Below, one piece after another: positions 39,324 through 49,805 of a stretch of DNA of 64,000 nucleotides (position 1 is the first letter of the stretch; each line of letters begins with the position of its first letter). The notes under the pieces were generated by a model. The model was given only the letters and a program-made list of their open reading frames with translations, ran no database searches and was not told where the DNA came from. Both the position numbers and the translations under genes were made by a program. Source of the DNA: Oceanispirochaeta sp. (GTDB lineage Bacteria > Spirochaetota > Spirochaetia > DSM-2461); the NCBI GenBank assembly GCA_963666275.2, contig CAXXOA010000002.1, positions 1,120,001-1,184,000 of the forward strand, given 5' to 3'.

Positions 39324-40868
39324 ATGTTAAAACCCGGAATATTGGAACAACTGAAAGAGCACTTCAGGACTCTGGAAAAGGATCTGGTGCTGGTCTATGA
39401 CGCCAGTGATCATGAAAAACAGAAGGAACTGGTTGAGATGCTGAGCGATGTGGCATCCACCTCAGACAGGATCTCCGTCAGGGAGAGTCAGACCAGGTCC
39501 GGAGTTCCGGGATTTTATCTGGAACGGCAGGGAGACGCCCTGGGGATCCGTTTTAAAGGCATTCCCGGGGGGCATGAGTTCTCCAGCCTTATTCTGGCGA
39601 TCCTCCATGCTGATGGAAAAGGCCAGTGGCCCGATCAGGGACTTCAGCAGCAGCTGAAGAGGCTGATCGGGCCTGTAGAACTGAGAACCTATATCTCCCT
39701 GTCCTGTACAAACTGCCCTGATGTGGTGCAGGCCCTCAATCAGATGAGTCTGATTCATCCTGATTTTACTCACACCATGATCGACGGGGATTATGCCCAG
39801 GAGGAGATCAGCGCGCTGGGTATCCAGGGGGTCCCTGCGGTCTTCTCGGGAGACACTCTTGTCCATTCGGGCAAGGCCTCTCTGGGAGAATTGCTGGCCT
39901 CTCTGGAAAAAGCGCTGGGAGTGGACGAGGGTGACGGGGAACCGGTTGAGCACGAACCCTTTGATGTGGCTGTGCTGGGCGGAGGCCCCGCAGGCTGTTC
40001 CGCCGCTATCTACAGCGCCCGGAAGGGGCTGAAAACGGCAGTGATTGCAGGAAGGGTCGGGGGGCAGGTCAATGACACCGCTTCGATCTCCAACCTGATA
40101 TCGGTGCCTCTGACCACAGGGAAAGAGCTGAGCGCCAATCTCAGAAAGCACAGCCAGGACTATGATATGTCCCTTTTCGAGAACAGGACTGTAGCCCGAC
40201 TGGTTCCGGGAGAGCTCCACAGGATCGAAACTGATAAAGGCGAAGTTTTTCCTGCCAGGCAGATCATTGTGGCCACAGGAGCTTCCTGGCGCAAGCTTGG
40301 AATTCCCGGTGAGGACGAGTATATCGGCCGGGGAGTTGCCTTCTGTCCCCACTGCGACGGCCCCTTCTTTGCGGGAAAAGACGTGGCAGTGGTCGGGGGA
40401 GGGAACTCGGGAGTGGAAGCCGCCATAGATCTGGCGGGCATCTGCCGCAGCGTGACTCTGCTGGAGTTTCTGGACGAACTCAAGGCCGACCGGGTATTGA
40501 TCGATCAGCTGGAGAAACTGGTCAATGCCAGGATCCTGAAGGGAGTGAAAACCACCGCTGTTCAGGGGGACGGAGCAAAGGTCACCGCTCTGGACTATGA
40601 AGAAAGAGACAGCGGCCGGAAAGAAAGCCTTAAGCTGGACGGGGTTTTTGTCCAGATCGGCCTGATGCCCAACAGCGCTTTTGCGCAGGGAGTGGTAAAA
40701 ACCAACCGTTTCGGCGAGATCGAAACCGATGGGAAAGGCCGTACCGACCGGAAAGGCATCTACGCCGCCGGGGATGTGACCACTGTTCCCTTTAAGCAGA
40801 TTGTTGTCGCCATGGGCGAAGGGGCCAAGGCATCCCTGGCAGCCTTTGAAGACAGGCTGCGCAGCTGA
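39324..40868 (+). CDS. ahpF: Alkyl hydroperoxide reductase F
   Basis: SCTNCPDVVQALN; CPHCDGP. Confidence 0.97.
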   Translation: MLKPGILEQLKEHFRTLEKDLVLVYDASDHEKQKELVEMLSDVASTSDRISVRESQTRSGVPGFYLERQGDALGIRFKGIPGGHEFSSLILAILHADGKGQWPDQGLQQQLKRLIGPVELRTYISLSCTNCPDVVQALNQMSLIHPDFTHTMIDGDYAQEEISALGIQGVPAVFSGDTLVHSGKASLGELLASLEKALGVDEGDGEPVEHEPFDVAVLGGGPAGCSAAIYSARKGLKTAVIAGRVGGQVNDTASISNLISVPLTTGKELSANLRKHSQDYDMSLFENRTVARLVPGELHRIETDKGEVFPARQIIVATGASWRKLGIPGEDEYIGRGVAFCPHCDGPFFAGKDVAVVGGGNSGVEAAIDLAGICRSVTLLEFLDELKADRVLIDQLEKLVNARILKGVKTTAVQGDGAKVTALDYEERDSGRKESLKLDGVFVQIGLMPNSAFAQGVVKTNRFGEIETDGKGRTDRKGIYAAGDVTTVPFKQIVVAMGEGAKASLAAFEDRLRS

Positions 40869-41136
40869 TCCTGTTTTGAGACTCTGATGTGTAAACGCAA
40901 GCCCTGAGTTCCGGGGCTTCCGTTTGTTTAGAATCGATCTTTTCCGGTCCATCCGCATTAGCTCCCTTCTGTTCTGATCCCTCCTATCCTTTACTGCTCT
41001 TTCCAGCCAAAGATCCTGCTTATTGTTATTCCTATGAAAGTCTGATAGGTTTTTAAAAAGAACAGATGATGACTATATGATCATCCGTTTGTTTTTTTCT
41101 CTCTGCATTTTGCATCTCAGGCCATTGGAGTTGAAC

Positions 41137-42378
41137 ATGAGCATAAATAGAATCGTTTTTATTTTAATAGTATTGATGTTGCCATCAGTTTCCTATTCCC
41201 TTGATTTCAGCGGAGACAATTATCTCATGGTGAATACCGACAGGCTGCGTCTGCGGTCAGAACCAACCCTCGGTTCCAGGATCGTCTCTGTTCTGGATCA
41301 GGAAGATAAAGTGGTCCTTCTGGAGAGAGGAGAAATGGACAGCATCGATTCTCTTGAGGCACCATGGATTAAAGTGTTTACCGATGACTCCCGCCTGTTG
41401 GGCTGGGTGTTTTCAGGATATATCAGTGATACTGAGGAGCCTGTCGATTATGGTGATGAAGGGCCCTTTAACAGGCGGGGCAATATTCAGTCCGGGCTGG
41501 AGTATAACAGATCGTCCGACAATACCTATCTGGATGAATTTTCTCTGCCTCTTCTGTTCGCAAAAAGGGCAACCCGCTGCCTTCTTCAAAAAGATGATGT
41601 GACCATTGATTCCGTCCAGTTCAAACCCAGTCCGTATCTGAAGAGCACCTGTTTCAACATCGATCTGTCTGACTATCCGGAAGGGAATCACATTTTTACA
41701 GTCTCTGCCTATGATGCAAACACATTACTGGCAACCCGCGAATTTGAGATTGATAAATATGAAAGAGAGCAGAATCTGATCGACGGATATCATGAAGATC
41801 TTTTTGAATACAGGAAAAAAGACTCTGTCATAGAGATCCTGGAACTCTATGATGTCTATTTTGATCAGGACAGCCCCGAGATGCCCGCCTATCGGCCTGA
41901 TCTGAATACCTATGTAATGGATTTAGACGGGGAATATCAGATGCGGATTTCGATTCAACCGGATGAATCCGAGTACAGAATCAAGGAACTGCCGCTCCAT
42001 ATTGAAATTTTGAGAGGGGAATCCGTTGCTGCCGATTATGAGCTGGGTATCTGGGAATTCATTGCCGATCATGAGTGTTACGGGGTAGGCCCTGAATTCC
42101 ATCTCTTTGATGGGGGTTTTGTGATTACCTGTAACTGGCCCTTTGAATCTCCCAGGGACATGCTTGTTTTCAGCAAAACCTCCCATAGTCTTCAATCGGT
42201 TTTTGATTATTTTAAAGAGAATAAAATGGAGAGATATAACTATTATTTTGATGTAACCCTGGAAGATGGTATGGTCATTGCCCGGAATCTGAAAAGCAGA
42301 TACGACAATTATACTCCCAGGACCTACTACTTCAGCCTTGAAAATGGAAAGTTCATTAAAGCTGAGAAGATTCCTTGA
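41137..42378 (+). CDS. Secreted SH3b-domain protein
   Basis: Signal peptide; LRLRSEPT...WIKV...GWVFSGYI. Confidence 0.8.
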   Translation: MSINRIVFILIVLMLPSVSYSLDFSGDNYLMVNTDRLRLRSEPTLGSRIVSVLDQEDKVVLLERGEMDSIDSLEAPWIKVFTDDSRLLGWVFSGYISDTEEPVDYGDEGPFNRRGNIQSGLEYNRSSDNTYLDEFSLPLLFAKRATRCLLQKDDVTIDSVQFKPSPYLKSTCFNIDLSDYPEGNHIFTVSAYDANTLLATREFEIDKYEREQNLIDGYHEDLFEYRKKDSVIEILELYDVYFDQDSPEMPAYRPDLNTYVMDLDGEYQMRISIQPDESEYRIKELPLHIEILRGESVAADYELGIWEFIADHECYGVGPEFHLFDGGFVITCNWPFESPRDMLVFSKTSHSLQSVFDYFKENKMERYNYYFDVTLEDGMVIARNLKSRYDNYTPRTYYFSLENGKFIKAEKIP

Positions 42379-42382
42379 ATCT

Positions 42383-42447
42383 GGCTAAGATCCAAATAGG
42401 CTGCGCAGCGGCCCGGCCAGGGGCTGATTGGGCCTTGCAGGTTCTAC
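42383..42447 (-). repeat. Degenerate attC-like remnant (attC7)
   Basis: GTAGAAC overlaps the stop of the 42444 gene; plus-strand AAATAGGCTGCGCAGCGGCCCGGC resembles the arm at 46323/53758; R' reads CTTAGCC. Confidence 0.45.
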
Positions 42448-45023
42448 TGAATCTTAATCCTGTATAGGCCCGATGGTGTGCCGAAAATAACACCATCGCT
42501 GACAGGAACTAATTCAAAATCCGCCTTTTCCAGGTACTCCCGAACCCTGGGGTCTTCGATCATGGCATACAGGTTCCAGTCCTTCCAGGTTTTGCCTCCG
42601 TCATGACTCAGATGCAGGAGCACCGTATTGTTATGTATATTATGTATGGTGGGATTATACTCCCAGATCGCCATATTGTTACCGGACACGGCAAATGTGG
42701 GATGATCCATGAACACCCTGACAGGAACGCCTATGGATTCCCAGGGATTAGTCTCACCATAGGCCATTGTATTCCTTCTGTAGGGATAGAAGAGGAATCC
42801 GTTGGAACTTCTCTGTGAGTATATGGCGTATACATAATCACCTGTAGAGGCAAACCTGCTGGAGTGGGGAGTGAAAGACAGTTCCGCTTCATTTTTGCGG
42901 TTATTATCTTCCCTGATATATTCCCAGTTCTTAACGGTGCTGTCAGCGGCGTAGTAGGAGCGGTAATCTTTATTAATCATTATCGTGTCTCTGAAAAACT
43001 GCAGATTCCCGACCTGCATGGCTGAAAAGGGCAGGTTGTCCACTTCAGAAAAGGTACGGCCCAAATCCTCACTCAGATAGATTTTATCATTGACTCTCAG
43101 GACGATACGGTCGCCCCGAATATCAATGTTATGATCGGGTATAAACCGGCGGTTAAACTGAACAAACAGCCGGTTCAGCAGATCCAGGTATTTCCCGGCT
43201 TCTCCGTCATCCTGAAAATTGCCGTCCGAATTGTGTGCCGCAAAGATCAGATCCTCTATAACAGGGATGTCCCCCGGTTCAAGCCCTGTCTGTGAACTGG
43301 TGCCGTTCATAAAATGGAACGGAGCTTCCTGCCAGGTTTTTCCCCTGTCTGTGGATATTTCCAGGTGGCGGCGATTGTCCGACTCTATATCCAGACCGGT
43401 CCACTCTTCATCGTAGCGCTGCCAGGTATTCCCTCCGTCCAGGCTCCTTTCCCAGGGATAGTTCCTGTCCAGGGGAGCCGGCCGGTACAGGATTGTTCTG
43501 TCATGCCTGTCCTGTATCTCCCGTTCCACTGGCATGTAGGCTATCAGCTGGGTCCGGCCGTCGGGATCAGAGCTTTTCATATGTTTGAAATAATCAAGAT
43601 CATTTTCAACATTATATGTTTTGTGCTCCCATGTGTCTCCACCGTCATGGCTGACGCTGATATATGCCAGTCTCTCTCTGTACTCTTCTATATCGTGAAC
43701 GCCCCAAATATTTCCCAGAGCCGGCCGGGACCTTTGCAATTTCAGAACAATCTCATCTCCAGCCAGGCGGCTTACCTCCCAGGGATGCCATCCTGCGGGA
43801 AAATCGGTCCCGTTATCGATAGCTCTGAATGTTTCACCCCTGTCCCGGGACAGAAATAAACCTGCTGTTCCGCCCACAATAAGGGTGTCCCTATTTCTAA
43901 CGGCAACCCGGATGTCGCCCTTGAGGCCATGGGTCCCCTGGCTGATAATCTGCCACTCTTCGTTACCGGGATTATAGAGAGCGGCAGACGTATAATCGTC
44001 TGCAAAAAAGGAGATATAGTCTCCTGAATAGTACTGGTATCTGCCTTTGACGGGGGGAGTGATAAGGGCGGGAGCTTCTCTACCGGAAGGATTCCAGATG
44101 GCTGCCCTTTCTTTTCCATCAAATAGTATTTTGCCTTCAAATAAAGCCTTGGCTCTGAATTCTCCGTCCATTCCGAATGGGATTTTCCCAAAGGCCGTAT
44201 TCTCATCCCTGGTATGAAACAGCCATGTTTTTCCCCGGTCCGAACTATAGGCGTCGATGGCTCCGGTAATGAGGATCTGTTCGCCTTCAATATAGATATG
44301 ATCTGTCACCATCATGGCGTACTGGTCAAAGCGGTAGGAGCCGTCGGGGCGTTTCGTGTTCGGCAGCAGGGTATGAGTCCAGGTTTTTCCCCGGTCCCGG
44401 GAGAGTGCTATATACTGATCAAAGGTTGTTATCAGCAGGTCTCCGTCAGAGCCGTAACCCATAAAGTTCGGCTGGCTGTCCATTTTATACAGAACCGGCA
44501 GGGGTCGGGCATCTACTTCAAATATCTTTTCAAAAAGCCACTCTTGTTTGGGCTCCGGTTCCTTTTCGGGGAGACTTCTCAGCCCCGCCTCCACCAGATT
44601 TACAGCAAATCCGCACTCCCTGCCGAAGTGACCGTCTGCGGTTTCATAGAGCGCCCCGCCGGAGAACATATTATTCCTATCGGTCCTGTAGCTTCCCTGC
44701 AGTTTCACCCAGCCCTTCAGGACGCCGTCCATATTCAGATAGACTTCTTTTTCGCCGGCTTTGTAATTCAGGCTGTTGTTGCTGTTCAGGTCCTGTTCGG
44801 GGATATACATTTTTGCTCCGGGGTATCTTTCAGATCCCAGAACAATCCAGGTCTGCCGTTTGCCCCCCACCGACGTCTTTTCAATTTCCATGGTATTAAA
44901 AGTTATGCGGGAAGGGATTTCCTCTCGGGAGCGGATTCTTGTACCAGATGACTTTGTACCATTGGAGGTACAGGAAAGGAACAAGAGAATAAGAGTAAGA
45001 ATCAGATATCTGGTACGTTTCAT
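42444..45023 (-). CDS. BNR/Asp-box repeat lipoprotein (probable cassette 7)
   Basis: FLSC lipobox; many SxDxGxTW repeats. Confidence 0.8.
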   Translation of the reverse strand: MKRTRYLILTLILLFLSCTSNGTKSSGTRIRSREEIPSRITFNTMEIEKTSVGGKRQTWIVLGSERYPGAKMYIPEQDLNSNNSLNYKAGEKEVYLNMDGVLKGWVKLQGSYRTDRNNMFSGGALYETADGHFGRECGFAVNLVEAGLRSLPEKEPEPKQEWLFEKIFEVDARPLPVLYKMDSQPNFMGYGSDGDLLITTFDQYIALSRDRGKTWTHTLLPNTKRPDGSYRFDQYAMMVTDHIYIEGEQILITGAIDAYSSDRGKTWLFHTRDENTAFGKIPFGMDGEFRAKALFEGKILFDGKERAAIWNPSGREAPALITPPVKGRYQYYSGDYISFFADDYTSAALYNPGNEEWQIISQGTHGLKGDIRVAVRNRDTLIVGGTAGLFLSRDRGETFRAIDNGTDFPAGWHPWEVSRLAGDEIVLKLQRSRPALGNIWGVHDIEEYRERLAYISVSHDGGDTWEHKTYNVENDLDYFKHMKSSDPDGRTQLIAYMPVEREIQDRHDRTILYRPAPLDRNYPWERSLDGGNTWQRYDEEWTGLDIESDNRRHLEISTDRGKTWQEAPFHFMNGTSSQTGLEPGDIPVIEDLIFAAHNSDGNFQDDGEAGKYLDLLNRLFVQFNRRFIPDHNIDIRGDRIVLRVNDKIYLSEDLGRTFSEVDNLPFSAMQVGNLQFFRDTIMINKDYRSYYAADSTVKNWEYIREDNNRKNEAELSFTPHSSRFASTGDYVYAIYSQRSSNGFLFYPYRRNTMAYGETNPWESIGVPVRVFMDHPTFAVSGNNMAIWEYNPTIHNIHNNTVLLHLSHDGGKTWKDWNLYAMIEDPRVREYLEKADFELVPVSDGVIFGTPSGLYRIKIQ

Positions 45024-45074
45024 ACTATCTCCATTTGAATAAGGGGATTCCACATAACGGATTATTTTTCTAGC

Positions 45075-45104
45075 CTGGAGGTTAAAAGCCTCCGGCTACC
45101 CGAT
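45075..45104 (+). repeat. 30-nt group II intron 3' remnant (DVI)
   Basis: Identical to 58011-58040; ACATAAC core at 45052-45058. Confidence 0.9.
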
Positions 45105-46193
45105 AAAAATGGAATTCTTTAGCGTTTCCAATAATTCTACATTGATATATATTTTTTCTCTTCCAATTTTGTATTCACTTAAAATACCAATATCTTGTAA
45201 TTGACTTAAATACCTTGAAGCTGCCTTTCTTTCTACTCCAAGAACTTTTGTTAAAAACTCTATTTTACAATATGGGTGTACAAATAATTCTTCGATCAGT
45301 TCTTTTGAATAAATCTTGGGTAATTCATTTCTGACTCTTTCGATTGTTTTATCTAATAATTCTTTTATCTTAAGAACTTTATTTATAGTTTCTTTAGCGA
45401 CTATTTCTATACCTTTCAGAATATAGATTATCCATTCTTCCCAATTTTCATTACTTGTAACACTGCGAAGTAATCTGTAATATTCTGCTTTATTCTTTAT
45501 GATATATGAGCTTAGATATAAAATTGGTATATCAAGATAATTTTTTAGTATCAGATATAAGATATTAATAATTCTACCCGTTCTTCCATTTCCGTCATAA
45601 AATGGATGAATTGATTCAAATTGATAATGAATTATCGCCATTTTTGCTAATGAATCATCAGCATCATTTAAATACTCAACGGTGTTACTAAATAGCTTAT
45701 TTATGACACCTTCACTTTGGGGAGGAGTATATACAACTTCTCCCGTTTTATCATTTACCAATGAATTTCCTGGTGTTTTTCTGATTCCGGCATCATTTTT
45801 TTGTAATTCGATCTGTATTTCAATAATATCATTAACAGAAAGAAATCCTTTTTCAACTATTTTATTAAAGCCCGAATATAGTGCTTCTCTATAATATATT
45901 ACTTCTTTAGTAGCAGAATCATATTTTTTCTGGTTTCCACTTATCGCTTTATATAGATCATCTTGTGTTGTTATTATATTTTCAATTTCCGAGCTATCTT
46001 TTGCTTCCTGGAGAATTATTGCATTAATTAAAATTGATTGATTGGGGATTATATTAGCAATACCTTTTAATTCTGCTATTGCTGACCGTGCTTTATTTTC
46101 TTGTTTTAATATTTTTATCGTTTCTATTTTGTTTGTGTCAGGCGGAAGTAGAGGGAGGTCATTATATGGCTTCGTTGGTATGAAATTTCTCAT
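45096..46193 (-). CDS. Fic-family protein with C-terminal HTH (cassette 6)
   Basis: QEAKDSSEIEN; HPFYDGNGRTGR. Confidence 0.92.
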   Translation of the reverse strand: MRNFIPTKPYNDLPLLPPDTNKIETIKILKQENKARSAIAELKGIANIIPNQSILINAIILQEAKDSSEIENIITTQDDLYKAISGNQKKYDSATKEVIYYREALYSGFNKIVEKGFLSVNDIIEIQIELQKNDAGIRKTPGNSLVNDKTGEVVYTPPQSEGVINKLFSNTVEYLNDADDSLAKMAIIHYQFESIHPFYDGNGRTGRIINILYLILKNYLDIPILYLSSYIIKNKAEYYRLLRSVTSNENWEEWIIYILKGIEIVAKETINKVLKIKELLDKTIERVRNELPKIYSKELIEELFVHPYCKIEFLTKVLGVERKAASRYLSQLQDIGILSEYKIGREKIYINVELLETLKNSIFIG

Positions 46194-46313
46194 ATGTCCC
46201 ATTATCGCATTATTTGGTACGCAATTCAATATTGTGTACCATTTATTTAATTTTTGGTACACATCTAAACTATATGTCCTTATTTTTAAGAAAATATCCC
46301 ATTTCCATTTTCC

Positions 46314-46478
46314 ATTTAACACCAAAATATGCTGCGCAGCGGCCTGGCTTGCCAGGTATAGGCGCTTTTCTTGCCCCTTTATTCTAAACAACTATTTCTT
46401 ATTTGGGAATTATTTATGGTTAACAGAAGATTTTCTGGTATGAAATATGACAATGGGAAAGACTGATGCATTAGCTTG
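46314..46478 (-). repeat. Long, degenerate attC (attC5)
   Basis: GTTAAAT core at 46320-46314; 46 bp identical to 53758-53803; both ends resemble attC 49806-49979. Confidence 0.6.
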
Positions 46479-46545
46479 ATACTTATTAAGGGCTCCCCGG
46501 AGAATGATAAAATATAAGAGTCATTTACCATCAAGGAGGTGTCCT

Positions 46546-46640
46546 ATGACATTCTATACTAAGCAGCATAAGTATTACTGCGGAATAGATCTCCATACCA
46601 AAGTGATGTATCTCTGTATTATGGACCAAACAGGTGAAAT
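46546..46640 (+). pseudogene. IS110-family transposase N-terminal fragment
   Basis: AAGGAGG RBS; MTFYTKQHKYYCGIDLHTKVMYLCIMDQTGEI. Confidence 0.75.
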
Positions 46641-46911
46641 ACTGGGAATTCCGAAAGATTTTGCCATTATCACCGGTGCCAGTTGTAAATCCTATTGGCA
46701 TCTCTCCAAGTCTTACGCTACCAATGCAGCTATGTCCAATAAATGGCTGGAAGAGCAGGGATTGGTCAATATCAAATATCTGTGGTGTAAAGCCCAGGGA
46801 TATATCTGATCAAATCAGGATTTCGTTTGCTCCATGGAGTGAACCGCCCCGTGCGGACCCGCATGCGGGGTGGTGTGGGGGCTGGAGGTTTAAAGCCTCC
46901 GGCTACCCGAT
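46641..46911 (+). repeat. 271-nt 3' fragment of the group II intron (RT C-terminus, DV, DVI)
   Basis: Matches 57770-58040 with two substitutions seen. Confidence 0.95.
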
Positions 46912-46918
46912 TTATGTT

Positions 46919-48016
46919 TCATTCATTATCCAGCAAAGCATTCAATAATGAGAAGTTAAGTTGCACTGCTTTTGAATCAATGCTTAAATAATTATTTATA
47001 TTGGCCCAAACGTTATCTAAATTGTTCAAATCTGTATCCGTAAATGTGATGTAATTTATGTTATATTTTGACCAATACTTTTTATGTTTAATCATTTCCT
47101 TTTCATATTGTAGGTAAGCATCTTTTTCAAGTTCTGTTAAATTCTTATTTTTTCCTTTTAGTTTCATATGTGTTGATGATGGTGAGATTTCAAAACCAAT
47201 TTTATCCATACTCCATGGATTAATTATAAGAAAATCTAATCTATATTTATGCTTTTTCTTAAATGGATCATATCTTAGTTCGGGAATTAACACTGGAATT
47301 GATTCTGGAGTACCATGATTTTTTACATAATCTATATATTTTGAGTAAATTGATATTTGATATTTTGATCCAGTTCTTCTTACAAGATCATACAGAAATT
47401 GCAAAAGGTCGACCAATGTAGAAAATGTTCTCTGATCATTTTGATTCATATAACAAAATCCTGTTTCCAATGCATGACCAAGAGTCCAGTATGGTTGCTT
47501 GAAATGTCTTATTTCGGATTTATCATTTTCCCAAGAATCATCTACAAATCGAGGAGAAATCAAAAAGCCAAACTCATCAGAATTATTTCCAAACCAATAT
47601 TCGCTTTCTTTTATAGTTGGTTTTACTTTATAATGTTCATCATAATGTTTAAGAAATGAACACTCCAAGAAATTCGATAAGTATTTCTTGAAATAGGGAA
47701 ACTTTTCACCAGAAATGATATCATAGAGGACTTTATGGGGAAAAATTAAGTCTGAATCTAGTGTATTTAGTTTTTCAGTGAGGCCTTCTATCCATAAGTT
47801 CATATATTCTGTAGGTGACTTTATAACTTCATGTTTTTGGTCAATGTATACACCAGCTTTAGAACCAATGTATGCATTCAAGGATTTCTCATTATCCATA
47901 TATGAAAACAATTTATTGGTCTCTATAAGAACAAAAGGTAGTAAATCTCTTCTTTGCTCTTTTAATTTTTTGATTCTTTTATTTCTTGCTGTTTTATTTG
48001 GATCTCTTTTTCCCAT
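46919..48016 (-). CDS. Hypothetical protein with C-terminal Vsr/DUF559-like nuclease motif (cassette 5)
   Basis: IPELRY...YRLDFLII...GFEISPSSTH. Confidence 0.6.
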   Translation of the reverse strand: MGKRDPNKTARNKRIKKLKEQRRDLLPFVLIETNKLFSYMDNEKSLNAYIGSKAGVYIDQKHEVIKSPTEYMNLWIEGLTEKLNTLDSDLIFPHKVLYDIISGEKFPYFKKYLSNFLECSFLKHYDEHYKVKPTIKESEYWFGNNSDEFGFLISPRFVDDSWENDKSEIRHFKQPYWTLGHALETGFCYMNQNDQRTFSTLVDLLQFLYDLVRRTGSKYQISIYSKYIDYVKNHGTPESIPVLIPELRYDPFKKKHKYRLDFLIINPWSMDKIGFEISPSSTHMKLKGKNKNLTELEKDAYLQYEKEMIKHKKYWSKYNINYITFTDTDLNNLDNVWANINNYLSIDSKAVQLNFSLLNALLDNE

Positions 48017-48048
48017 TTAGTTAGCTTCCTATATATATAATATACTTT

Positions 48049-49788
48049 TTAGTTATCAATGATTTCTGATATATACTTAATGATCGGTACTTCAAGAATT
48101 TCCTTTCCTTCAAGATTTGGTTGTAGAATTGTTTTCCAGTAGATGTTTGCATTATATGGCTTACCATGACTGGTTGATTCTGAAAATCTCAATTCTTCAC
48201 TAATATTTTCACTCATATGGGCAGGTTCAAATGTAGTATCATGAATTCTAAACAATCCTGCATTTGGAACATCTTTTGTCTTATCTAATTCAAATTGTTT
48301 GGAAATTGAACCTTGGATATTAGTATTGAAGGTCGGGTTCATTCTATCATCAAAATCAATAATTGATGTTCCATCTGTATCACAAATGACGTTATATTTT
48401 ATTGAGAATTGTGAAAATATTTTTTGATAAAAAGGTATATTTGTTACTGATCCACAGTTTAAGACAAATAAATCCTTTGCAGGATTCTTTTCTTGTAAAA
48501 AAGCTCTGATTATTATTTCTTCTGTAGGACCTTCAATGAGTATAACTTCATCAGCATAAAATGATTCGCATATATGTGGATTGAATCTTAGGATTTCATA
48601 CATTTCTTGTTTTAGCTCATAATCAGTTTTTATATCCTTAGCTTTTTTGAGAAATTTGTCATTAATCTGATAAACTTTCGTATTCTCATTTTCTTTAGAT
48701 AGACGAATGATAGATGATTTGGGTTGTGAAATATCAATCATTTGTGGAGAATGTGATGCACATAGAACTTGATATGGTAATTCATCTTTACTAACTTGAT
48801 AAATTAGATCTCTAAGTTCTTTTAGAATCCTTGGATAAAGAAACAATTCAGGTTCTTCGAATAAAACCATGTAGTCTTTTCTTCCAGGACTTCTTACAAA
48901 TTCCTCAGCAATGTCTCTCATCAGTAGTAGTGTAAAAATAGCAGCTCTTATAGTTCCATGGCCAATGGAAGAGATTGAAGTTGGCACATTAACATCAATT
49001 TCACCAGAATCACTTATTCTATTAAACTCTATATCAAATTCTTTACCTAACTTATTCTCAGTCCACATTACTCTAGATTTCTTATCAATTATGGAGAGAC
49101 TAGTTTCTGGAAAAAGCTTTTTGAAGTAACTGTTTATTGATTCTTGATAAGTATTAATCGTTTCAGGTTTGTACATTTTATCCTGTAGTTCAGCAATTTT
49201 TTCTCTAGCTGCTTTTAATTCAGCTAATTCAGACAACTTAAGTTTACTTTCCGCAATTGATTTCAAAATTTCATTTAATATACTTTTTACTTCTTCTTCA
49301 TTTGGCATTGCCTTTATAAAGATAGGTTTGGGCATACATGATTGAAATACCCTATGTAATCCTATCGAAGCATAACCAATATCAGCCCAATCATTTGCTG
49401 CGGGTTCCCAAGTAATAGCTTTTTTTGTAATTTTTTTATCTTTTTGAAATATTGATTTAATACGTAAGGAGTTTCCATTGATAAGATACTTTTTAAAACT
49501 CTCTTTCTGCTTCGGTGCCGCTTCTTGAATTTTTGCAATATCAATATCTTCTAATAAAACCTCAATTTCAAACTGCATTATGAGGTTATCATTCCTTTTG
49601 AAATAATCATCTTTATTTGGCGTACAGTCATTGTAAAAAAATTGATACGCTTGGAGAAATGTTGATTTGCCAGCATTATTCTGACCAAATATAAATAAAG
49701 TGTTTGTATCTTCAAAAATAATTCTATTGTTTTCTAAACCACCAGAAATTCCTCTAAAATTATCTATTGCAAAATAACTAATCTTCAT
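48049..49788 (-). CDS. OLD-family ABC ATPase-TOPRIM nuclease (cassette 5)
   Basis: IDNFRGI, GQNNAGKST, IGHG, FEEPELFLYP, ASHSP, ILIEGPTE, ICDTD; AGGAG RBS. Confidence 0.88.
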   Translation of the reverse strand: MKISYFAIDNFRGISGGLENNRIIFEDTNTLFIFGQNNAGKSTFLQAYQFFYNDCTPNKDDYFKRNDNLIMQFEIEVLLEDIDIAKIQEAAPKQKESFKKYLINGNSLRIKSIFQKDKKITKKAITWEPAANDWADIGYASIGLHRVFQSCMPKPIFIKAMPNEEEVKSILNEILKSIAESKLKLSELAELKAAREKIAELQDKMYKPETINTYQESINSYFKKLFPETSLSIIDKKSRVMWTENKLGKEFDIEFNRISDSGEIDVNVPTSISSIGHGTIRAAIFTLLLMRDIAEEFVRSPGRKDYMVLFEEPELFLYPRILKELRDLIYQVSKDELPYQVLCASHSPQMIDISQPKSSIIRLSKENENTKVYQINDKFLKKAKDIKTDYELKQEMYEILRFNPHICESFYADEVILIEGPTEEIIIRAFLQEKNPAKDLFVLNCGSVTNIPFYQKIFSQFSIKYNVICDTDGTSIIDFDDRMNPTFNTNIQGSISKQFELDKTKDVPNAGLFRIHDTTFEPAHMSENISEELRFSESTSHGKPYNANIYWKTILQPNLEGKEILEVPIIKYISEIIDN

Positions 49789-49805
49789 TATTTCTCCTTT
49801 TGTAA

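Noticed and set aside
2535..40958. Long antisense ORFs (e.g. 2535-3584, 13857-14855, 24176-25735, 36313-37539, 39462-40958)
   Set aside because: Shadows of well-supported genes on the opposite strand, with no recognisable motifs.
41137..42378. SH3 gene as an eighth cassette
   Set aside because: No attC or matching core site found at 40870-41130.
46919..49788. Gabija or Septu
   Set aside because: The partner lacks UvrD helicase and HNH motifs.
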